Assembly: GCA_043732485.1 (NCBI GenBank)
Contig: JAYTHP010000212.1
Span: 1 to 57,921, forward strand
Direction of reading: 5' to 3'
Length of the DNA stretch: 57,921 bases
Origin: Oligoflexia bacterium
Lineage (GTDB): Bacteria; Bdellovibrionota; UBA1018
The notes beneath the pieces were generated by a model. The model searched no databases and was not told the DNA's origin. It worked only from the letters and a program-made list of their open reading frames with translations. Every line of letters starts with the position of its first letter. Within the stretch, counting starts at the first letter, position 1. Below, piece by piece: positions 1-7,635 of this stretch. A program made the translations under genes and the position numbers.

Positions 1-59
1 TGTGACGAACACTCTCCCGTCGACAGCCCCCTCACCCTCACGGCCATGCGCGCTGTGCG

Positions 60-70
60 CCCCCCCCCCC
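60..70. repeat. poly(C) homopolymer tract (11 C)
   Basis: Read directly: c at position 60 followed by ten c at 61-70. It lies in non-coding sequence at the window edge. Confidence 0.9.
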
Positions 71-153
71 GCTTCACCGTTTGTCTCAGACGTCTCTTCT
101 CTTGGTCTACGCATTGCATCAAAAATCGCTGAGAATGAAAGCCATTAGTTATT

Positions 154-188
154 GCATGGCATGGCATGGCACGGCATGACCTAGCATG
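154..188. repeat. pentanucleotide tandem repeat (GCATG) x5 with one mismatch, plus a spaced sixth copy
   Basis: Read directly: gcatg gcatg gcatg gcacg gcatg at 154-178 and gcatg again at 184-188. It lies downstream of the minus-strand ORF that ends at 318. Confidence 0.85.
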
Positions 189-317
189 AAACCCTCACCC
201 CACAGCGCGCTTAGCAGTTTAAGACCGTAGGCTAAGGTCTCCCCCATCTAGCTCAACTCTTTCCCTGAGCGTCCACCTCACGCCGGCACGCCTGGCAAAG
301 TTTTTTCGCCCGGCCGC

Positions 318-1562
318 CTAATCGGTTCCTGCAAGTCCGATCTGATTGAGTTCACAGGCGCTATTGCCTGAAGACTGAAAAAACGCCTTAAAATAGACTT
401 GGCTTAAAGAACCATAGGACCCAATTTTGCCGCTCACCACGCTGGCCGAGTTGGCCGTCGCAGTGGTTCCCGCGGCTGTGGTCCAGGCCGAGCCGTTCCA
501 ATACTTCCATGGGCCCGAGCTGCTGGAGCCCAGATGATAGACCAGCCCACTTGCGCATCCTCCTGAACCTAAGTTTTCAAGAAACGAGTTTAAGTGATAA
601 AACGACACGCCCTGATTGCTAATCAAGCTTGGAGCAGTGGAGTCATAGTGGGTGGGGCCAATGGAAACTGCGGCAAGCTCAGGGGAGCACACGAGGCCGC
701 TGGTGCCAACGTCAGTGCACTTGCCTGAGGTGTCGTTGGACGCAAAAATCGCTTGGTACTAAAAATAACCATTAGTCGGCAAAACCGAGGACGTCAGGAA
801 AGGGAAGCTTGAGCAAGTCATGACAAGCAGGCTGGTTAAAACCGCCTCCGCGGAGGTGAAATCGCCACCCTCCTTGCTGATTTGATTGTTGTTCAGTTCC
901 GAAAAATAGCTTTGACTGCTGCCATCCGTCCCCACCCAAGGTGGCGACCCCGTGCTGCAGGTGGCAATCCCCGCGCTGTTGGTCACAGAGGCTGCGCAGC
1001 TGGCCACCCCGCGTCGCCGGATTGCCGTGACTATCCAACCCACGAGAGCTTCAAGCGGTAAGGCGAGAGCCTGACCCACAAAGCCTGTGAGCTGATTATT
1101 GCCAGCCACCACGGTGATCTGCGGCGCGGTTGAGGTGAAAGCCTGACCATAGCTCCAACCTTGTAAACTGATTGCGCTTCCCGGGATCACGCCGGTCAAT
1201 TATGCGACATAACTCCCATCCCCCTGATTCACAAGCTCCGTCCACTGAATGACGCTCGTCCCCGTGGAGGTGGCCGTTAAGTTCACTTGATAGCGCTTAG
1301 CCACTATCGGCAGGTTGAAGGAATCACGCAAAAAAAGCGTCACTTTCAAGCTGCTATCCACCACCACGGAATTTTGCGTGACCTCGACGAACGCGTGCAC
1401 CGGCGATGACGGAATCCCCAGGATCGTCCCCTTGGGTACGGTTTGCCTCTGCAGGCAGGCGACACCAAGCGTGAGCGCAAACAAAGCAGCCACCGAGAAC
1501 AATAAGCCATGAGAGACCGCCGTTTTTCGTTGAATGCCGGTATTCCCAGCATGCAAGAGCAA
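318..1562 (-). pseudogene. Ig-like (Big_1-type) surface lipoprotein/adhesin-like gene interrupted by two in-frame stop codons
   Basis: Track ORFs 1562-1200, 1199-759 and 692-318 share one minus-strand frame and are separated only by TAA (1200-1202) and TAG (759-761). The N-terminus has a signal/lipobox-like LFALTLGVAC. The TAA falls inside an Ig-like pattern, GDGSYVA*LTGVIPGSAISL. Confidence 0.5.
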
Positions 1563-2076
1563 GCGCTTAGGGTGACTGAGCGCTTGCTGAGCAAGCGTAA
1601 AGTGGACCCGCCCCTCTTAAATGATGCACAAGTCACCCAGCGAAGACAAAGCAATACGGTGCTTTTTTGAATGAGTCTCAGGCTGTAAAGTCATTAAAAA
1701 CTACTCAAAGCTTTGGCAGCAAAAGTCTTCCACCCCTGCGCCCACTGGTTGGCGCTCCTTCCCTCATGTTTCTTACGGGTGGCTCCAGGCTAAGCGCACG
1801 TCGATGCCCCAGGAGTCAAAAAACCTCTCCAGCAAGGTGGACTAGAGGCGCCCTCCTCTACTCCCCGTTCAAAAAATAGCAATGAGCAGCCGCCGTATCA
1901 GCACAACCCGTACCCGGTAGGAACGGGCGGACTGACAGTCAGTTGGACGAGCGCTTGCTTTTTACGAGCTTCTTTCACCTTCCGTCGTGTGGGCTTGGGG
2001 GGTAGGGGGGTAGCCTTTTGCTACGCCAAATTGCCGACGCCTGACTTCTGCACTTTTTTTTTGCAAGACCTCAGAG

Positions 2077-3621
2077 CTAGAAGTCACCGGTTCCCACTTC
2101 CGCCATCACGGATAATTTCTTGCAACCTCGCGCCAGTGCCGGCTGGGTTGCAAGCCTCCCCTCAAAGGGAGGCTGGGCGTGCAACCAGCGCCTGAAGCGC
2201 TTCTTCAGCTCGTCATCCACCCTGCCCAATGCCCCTTGATCGCCATTGGGGCTGCTTTCAGCCACGCGCTGCTGGGAGCGGACGATCCGCTGATCCTCCT
2301 CCATGATGATCCGATAAAAGCGCTGGATGAGAGCCTGAGTCATCTGCTTAAAGCCCGGCCAATGGGTGAGATTGCCTGGAAACTTCTGAAACCGACGGTG
2401 CGAACCGATAATCACCAGCGTGTGCTCGGCATCCACCACCACGTAAAAAATGGTCATCTCGTGGTAATCATTGACAGGGTTGCGATAGCGGTTTGGGAAA
2501 TTAAGCTGCCAAAAGAAATGAGGATTCTCAAAATGCCAATGAATCGACTCCTGCGTGAAGGTCACCTGGGGGTTTTCCACCATCAGGGGGCCCGCTTGCT
2601 TAGCGAAGGTCTCCGCATGAACCAGCTCCACGTGGTCATTATCCAAGGCATTCTCGACATTCCACTGAAAGCCCGCCTCAGAGAGGACCGCAACCCAGAC
2701 TGATTCAAAATTTTCTAACTCAGGCAAGCCATCAGGCTCGGGATAATGGCCTTCGCCCCACTTAAGATAAATCACCGGACCCGCTTCTCGTGCTTCAAAG
2801 GTTTTTACCCTGAAGGCCGCATGCCCTTTTTGGGTTTTCGGGTCATAAACGCACTCGCCTTGCTCGTTAAAAAGCAAGCCATGCAAGGGGCATTGCAAAC
2901 AAAACTGCTGCTGCTCCTCCTGGTCCGCAGCCTCATCAGGCGACTGCTCAGCAAGGATTGGCTCGCGCCAGAGAAAATCATCCAGACTAAAGGCGGTCTT
3001 CGCCGCACTCTTTGCCGCACGGCGCTCTGCGACACTGGTCCTTTGACCCAAACTTAGCTCTGCTAATTGATGCGGACAGCGATTCTCCTGCGCAATCACC
3101 CGCCCCTCGTGATTGCGCCAGACCACCAAGTTCAACCCAAAGCGCCTCCACGCTTGAGGCCCCTCCTGCAGATCCCGAGCCAGACCAATGACATACCAAC
3201 CCTTGGGCAAACTCATTGGCTTGCGCTCTTTCCCCTGCAAGCTGGACGCTTCCTGCTTACCCTGAGAGGTAATGACGTCTCGCATGCCGTAAGCGTCTTT
3301 GAGTCGGCGTGAGCCACTCCGCAAGCGACCTGGCATCCGGCCCACAAGCGTCGCAACCGTAAATTGGCTTTGCGCGGAAGAAAGCTCCGCAAACCGCCCG
3401 GACCCCGCGCTCGTCACGCCTGGCATGGCGCGAACTGGCAGCAGGTTGCCTAAGGTCACCCCAAGACTGCAGCCGACTAGCCAGAAAAACCTTTTTAGCG
3501 CAGGCCGGCTGTGGTTAAGCTTTTTTTGCAGATCCTTGCGAGAGGCGGTCTGGCCGCAAGGGGTTAATGAGGGAGGGGTTTGTCTGTAAAAGCAACGCGG
3601 CAGAAGAGAATCACCATTCAT
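2077..3621 (-). CDS. Rieske [2Fe-2S] non-heme-iron oxygenase (alpha-subunit-like)
   Basis: Rieske half-motifs RCPHQ and CLQCPLHG are present, with the mononuclear-iron motif ENALDNDHVELVH (D-x2-H-x4-H). The catalytic core begins near M136 (MSLPKGWYVIGLARDL; alternative start at 3216). The upstream 135 aa contain one hydrophobic segment, so the start is uncertain. Confidence 0.75.
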   Translation of the reverse strand: MNGDSLLPRCFYRQTPPSLTPCGQTASRKDLQKKLNHSRPALKRFFWLVGCSLGVTLGNLLPVRAMPGVTSAGSGRFAELSSAQSQFTVATLVGRMPGRLRSGSRRLKDAYGMRDVITSQGKQEASSLQGKERKPMSLPKGWYVIGLARDLQEGPQAWRRFGLNLVVWRNHEGRVIAQENRCPHQLAELSLGQRTSVAERRAAKSAAKTAFSLDDFLWREPILAEQSPDEAADQEEQQQFCLQCPLHGLLFNEQGECVYDPKTQKGHAAFRVKTFEAREAGPVIYLKWGEGHYPEPDGLPELENFESVWVAVLSEAGFQWNVENALDNDHVELVHAETFAKQAGPLMVENPQVTFTQESIHWHFENPHFFWQLNFPNRYRNPVNDYHEMTIFYVVVDAEHTLVIIGSHRRFQKFPGNLTHWPGFKQMTQALIQRFYRIIMEEDQRIVRSQQRVAESSPNGDQGALGRVDDELKKRFRRWLHAQPPFEGRLATQPALARGCKKLSVMAEVGTGDF

Positions 3622-3772
3622 GAGTCAAACAGCTAGCAAAGCAGTCTTCGAGTGGCAAGCAGAATCAAACACAAACGGCAACGCGGGGAAAACAGAGGAG
3701 CACTTGAGGCAAGAGACCGCAAGACAATGAAGCTTAGGAGAGGCTGCAAACCCACGCCAAACCCCCCGCAGT

Positions 3773-4588
3773 TTACCTATGGGGCACGGCGCGACTCCCA
3801 AAAATTGCCGTTCCCAGCCTTAAATGAGTGGCGCCTGCGGCAAGGGCGGCTTCATAATCGCCTGACATCCCCATCGAGAGTTTACCTTGGGTAAAAGCAC
3901 GAACCCGCTCACCGAGCGCTTGCAGCCTTTGAAAAGCCAGTGCGGGCGAGCCCTGCGGGTTAGGAATGCACATCAGACCCTGCAGCAAGAGCGTGGGCGT
4001 GGACGCCACGACCTGGCACAAGGCCTCACACGCTTGCTCACTCACCCCGTGCTTGCTGGGCTCTTGATCGAGATTGACGGATAGAAAAACCGGTAACCTA
4101 CCCCCCACCCGCCCAGGCATGGCTTGGAGCTCTGCTTGCCGCTGGCTCAGCGCTTGAGCTAGGGACTGGGCTAAAGAGTGCGCTAAAGATTGTGAAGACA
4201 CGCTGTGCAAGGAGACTAAGTGCGGCAAAAGGCTTTTGATCTTGTTTGTTTGCAAATGACCCAAAAAATGCCACCTCAGGTCATGTAACCCTAACGTTTT
4301 AGCCTGCTGGGCTTTTTGCAGCAGCTCCTGGACATAGTTTTCACCAAAATCGCGCTGACCCAAGTGATACAGGCACTGGATGGCTTCCATCGGCTGTTGC
4401 TTGCTCACAGCAATCACCACAGGTGGTGTTGGTGGCGGTGATGACGACGCCGCAGGCAACTCCCCGGCGCTCAGCGCGAGGACGTGCTGCATCACCGCCT
4501 GGTAACGATTGGCTAAAGCTGCTTGTTGCGCAAGACCTGTCAAACCCTCACCCCTCTTATGTTTCTTCCAGTCATCAAAGCCTAGCAA
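3773..4588 (-). CDS. yggS: YggS-family pyridoxal-phosphate homeostasis protein
   Basis: The signature WHFLGHLQTNKIK is present, along with a C-terminal LSMGMSGDYEAA..GATHLRLGTAIFG typical of the YggS/PROSC fold. A short SLA(H/Q) low-complexity insert is present. Confidence 0.85.
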   Translation of the reverse strand: MLGFDDWKKHKRGEGLTGLAQQAALANRYQAVMQHVLALSAGELPAASSSPPPTPPVVIAVSKQQPMEAIQCLYHLGQRDFGENYVQELLQKAQQAKTLGLHDLRWHFLGHLQTNKIKSLLPHLVSLHSVSSQSLAHSLAQSLAQALSQRQAELQAMPGRVGGRLPVFLSVNLDQEPSKHGVSEQACEALCQVVASTPTLLLQGLMCIPNPQGSPALAFQRLQALGERVRAFTQGKLSMGMSGDYEAALAAGATHLRLGTAIFGSRAVPHR

Positions 4589-4627
4589 ACTGCTTTCAGC
4601 CCTCTGCCCGATAGACTCCTGACTGAG

Positions 4628-5311
4628 CTAGGGGCGAGAAGGCGGCGCGCCGCTTTTTAACCAACTGAAGCGCTTCACCTGGAAGATGCTTTCCAGATCG
4701 CACAACACCGCAGCCACGGGTAAGCCAACGACGTTTTGATAACTGCCTATAATCCGATGAATCAAGCTCATCCCTAAGCCTTGCGCACCGTAAGCCCCTG
4801 CCTTATCCATCGGCTCCTGGCTACCCACATAAGCCCGGATCGTGGCAGGCGTGAGCGGCAACATCTCCACTTGGGTCACCACCACGCGCTCCACCACCCG
4901 GAGGACCTGGCCGTTTGCCACCTGCATCAGGCAATAACCGGTGAAAACAAAATGCTTTTTCCCCGAAAGTCTTCCCAAAAAAGCGGTAGCCTCGCGAGCC
5001 GACTTTGGTTTACCGAGCATCGGACCTGCTTTGCTCTCAGCAACCATGGTGTCAGCAGCAAGGATCAAGCGCGACTCACTGCCACAAATCCCACTCTGCT
5101 TGACGGCTGCGGCCTTCAAATGCGCCAGCCGTTTCACGAGCGCCCGGGCCTGCTCCCCCCGCTTGGGGGTCTCATCCACCTGAGGAGTGATGACTTGAAT
5201 GGGTAGCCTGATGTCTTGCAACAGCTGGCTGCGCCTGGGCGAACTGGAAGCAAGAATGATGGGCAGGATGATTTTCGGTGTTTTGAAGGTCGTGGCTGTC
5301 TTTGATGTCAT
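4628..5311 (-). CDS. maf: Maf-like nucleoside-triphosphate pyrophosphatase / septum-formation protein
   Basis: The N-terminal ILASSSPRRSQLL and C-terminal DKAGAYGAQG motifs of the Maf family are present. Confidence 0.85.
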   Translation of the reverse strand: MTSKTATTFKTPKIILPIILASSSPRRSQLLQDIRLPIQVITPQVDETPKRGEQARALVKRLAHLKAAAVKQSGICGSESRLILAADTMVAESKAGPMLGKPKSAREATAFLGRLSGKKHFVFTGYCLMQVANGQVLRVVERVVVTQVEMLPLTPATIRAYVGSQEPMDKAGAYGAQGLGMSLIHRIIGSYQNVVGLPVAAVLCDLESIFQVKRFSWLKSGAPPSRP

Positions 5312-5631
5312 GTGAGGGGGACCCTAAACGAGACGGCGGTTTGAAGGCGGGATCGCCTGCGACTCAATCACATCGCCTGACAAAATCAAACAGAAAAACG
5401 CAAAAGACGCCTGCACCCTCTTTGCAAAACAACGACACGGTAGCGAGGTAGCCAGGCCAGGTAGACCAGCAAGCAAGTGTGCGGGTAAGATCTTGGGGTG
5501 TGTGGCGCCAGAGGCCAGCAGCAAAGAGTCCAAAAGACCGGGCCACCCACCCACGCGGGAGTTCATTTTTTCCTGAGGTCAGTTCTCTCCTTCGCACTTG
5601 CTTTCCTTCTCCCTTGCCCCCCTTTTCTTAG

Positions 5632-6864
5632 TTAATCAAAGCGGGTGGCAAGGAACTTAAACTGGTCCTTAAACTCACGGGTGGTTTCGGTTTTGCGAAA
5701 AAACAGCATCACTTCCGTGCGCACCCCCCGCTTGCTTAAAAACAAAAACCCTCCCCCCATGCGAAACGCGAGCGCTAAACCGATGCCTGCTCCGGCCGTG
5801 GAGGTCTCTAAACGGTAAGGCTCACTAACATAGAGCCGACTGAGGTGGCCCAGCAATTGCTCGCGCTCCAGCGAGCCGTAATGATCCACCACGGCCATCG
5901 CAAAGATCTCGCCATCAAAACCAAACTGCAACTCAATGGCGCTTTTCCCCGTTAAGCGGATCATCGGGGTGTCGCGTGCGGTTTGATCAAGCGGGGCGTG
6001 CCCCCTGGAGTCGTGCGGCGCGTCAAAGATGGCATTCATCAACAGTTCATCAGCCGCATTGCAAATCAGCAAGGCAATCCTATTTTTGAAGCGCTTTTCC
6101 AGCAAATACTCGCGCATGACCTCCACGGCTGCTTGCTTTTCTCCGGACAGACGAAAGGACACCGTGCAGGTATCCCGCGATCCTGGGATATAGTGTTGCA
6201 ACCCAAAGGGCCTAGGGGCAAGCATCCCCTTAAGCAAGCGGCCATAAAACTGAGCTGAGCGCTGGGGGTCGGCAAACTTGCGGTAAATATAAGCGCCCAA
6301 AAACCGGCTTTGCGCCAAAAAATGGGCCGTAGCCAGATCCTGGGTCGTGATGAAATGCACCTGATGCAATAAGGCTGCCCCTCCTGCGGCAGGCAAACGC
6401 TCAGCCACCGCCTGCTCCCACTGTTCATGCTGCTCAGCTGAGAACAGCTCAAGCAAGACCAACGTCACGCGCTGGTGGAGTAAAATCTCAAGCCCCGCAC
6501 TCAAACCTCGCGCGTGCAAGGCCTGAGCCTGGCAAACGGCCGCTGCTTGCTGAAAAAACTCCACCACCGCGCTCGCACTCAGCTCGCCACCGCAATTCGT
6601 CGCTTCATCCTCATGTGCACCCCCTGCAGCCTTGCGATCCCCCTCCCGCGCCTTCGCCAACTGAGCCAAGTCCTGCGTTTCAAGCGGGGCCTGAGGGGGG
6701 AGAGGCACAAACGAGATCAGTAAAAAAATAGGGCGCGATGATCCCTGATCGAGAGGCGGCGTCTGGAGGATGGCGCCCCGTTTTTTGAAAGCCTCGGCCG
6801 CTGACGGTTGCTGCGTGCCTGAAGTGGATTTTTTTCGAGTGATCGGTTTCTTAGTCAACGCCAT
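5632..6864 (-). CDS. RsbW/SpoIIAB-type GHKL ATP-binding (serine-kinase-like) protein with a long N-terminal domain
   Basis: The C-terminal ~150 aa carry an N-box-like AADELLMNAIFDA, VVDHYGSL and GAGIGLALAF (G-box-like). The N-terminal ~250 aa have no motif I recognise. Confidence 0.55.
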   Translation of the reverse strand: MALTKKPITRKKSTSGTQQPSAAEAFKKRGAILQTPPLDQGSSRPIFLLISFVPLPPQAPLETQDLAQLAKAREGDRKAAGGAHEDEATNCGGELSASAVVEFFQQAAAVCQAQALHARGLSAGLEILLHQRVTLVLLELFSAEQHEQWEQAVAERLPAAGGAALLHQVHFITTQDLATAHFLAQSRFLGAYIYRKFADPQRSAQFYGRLLKGMLAPRPFGLQHYIPGSRDTCTVSFRLSGEKQAAVEVMREYLLEKRFKNRIALLICNAADELLMNAIFDAPHDSRGHAPLDQTARDTPMIRLTGKSAIELQFGFDGEIFAMAVVDHYGSLEREQLLGHLSRLYVSEPYRLETSTAGAGIGLALAFRMGGGFLFLSKRGVRTEVMLFFRKTETTREFKDQFKFLATRFD

Positions 6865-7076
6865 TCAGATTGCACACCCTCGCACTGCCTGAACCCAGGC
6901 GAGAAGGTAAGCACAGGGCATGCATTCTCCTCCGGACGAGCCCAGGGACAGCCCTTAAGAAACCCCTTAAGATCACCTTTAGACTTAACCCGCGCATGAT
7001 CCCCCTTTCCTCACGCTCACACCTTGTTCCCCCCCGCAGCCGCTTTTTTGATCCTCAGTTTTCACGCTCTGTTTTT

Positions 7077-7562
7077 TCAAGGCTGTGGGGTGTTCTCACT
7101 CAAGAAGCCAAAATACTCCTCCGGGATATCATCAAACACTGCGTTTTTTGAACACTGCGTGCATTGCAGCTCCGGCAGACTCAAGCCGGTATTCCTAAGA
7201 TCCTCAGTCTTAAAGAGCCCTAACAGCTCGGCCTTACATGCCGGACAGGCAAACGGCACATAAATCGATGCTACCTCACCCCCACAGCGAAAGTTAGAGA
7301 TCAAATTCATCTGCTCGACGATGGCCGTCGAGCACTCAACAAAAACCAGCCGCGCGCCTGCCGCCTGTGCGCTTTGAAAGAAGCTGATCCACGACTTCAC
7401 CCCAATCGAATTAATCCGGGTAATCGCCTTACAATTCACTTCCATGAAGGAGGCAGGTTGACCTAGCAACTGATCAAAATGCACGCTCTCTTCAATCGAT
7501 CCAGCCATCGTGACCACAAGCTTTTCTGCTTGCTGCTCTTTTTTGAGGGTAAACATCTCCAT
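7077..7562 (-). CDS. STAS-domain (anti-sigma-antagonist-like) protein with a C-terminal zinc-ribbon
   Basis: The N-terminal ~100 aa follow a STAS-like pattern (VVTMAGSIEES...EVNCKAITRINSIGVKSW...FVECS..IVEQMNL). The C-terminus has CPAC...CTQC. Confidence 0.55.
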   Translation of the reverse strand: MEMFTLKKEQQAEKLVVTMAGSIEESVHFDQLLGQPASFMEVNCKAITRINSIGVKSWISFFQSAQAAGARLVFVECSTAIVEQMNLISNFRCGGEVASIYVPFACPACKAELLGLFKTEDLRNTGLSLPELQCTQCSKNAVFDDIPEEYFGFLSENTPQP

Positions 7563-7635
7563 CCTCCCACAGCTTTCCCGGTCGGGAAAACCGTATTCCC
7601 TTGAAATTAGTCTAAAATTTAATCAAAATTAGAAC

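Noticed and set aside
759-1202. Stop-codon reassignment (TAA/TAG read as sense) as the explanation for the in-frame stops in the lipoprotein gene.
   Set aside because: All conserved housekeeping genes in the window terminate at normal TAA/TAG/TGA codons and contain no internal stops. A variant genetic code is therefore not supported, and pseudogenisation or sequence error is more likely.
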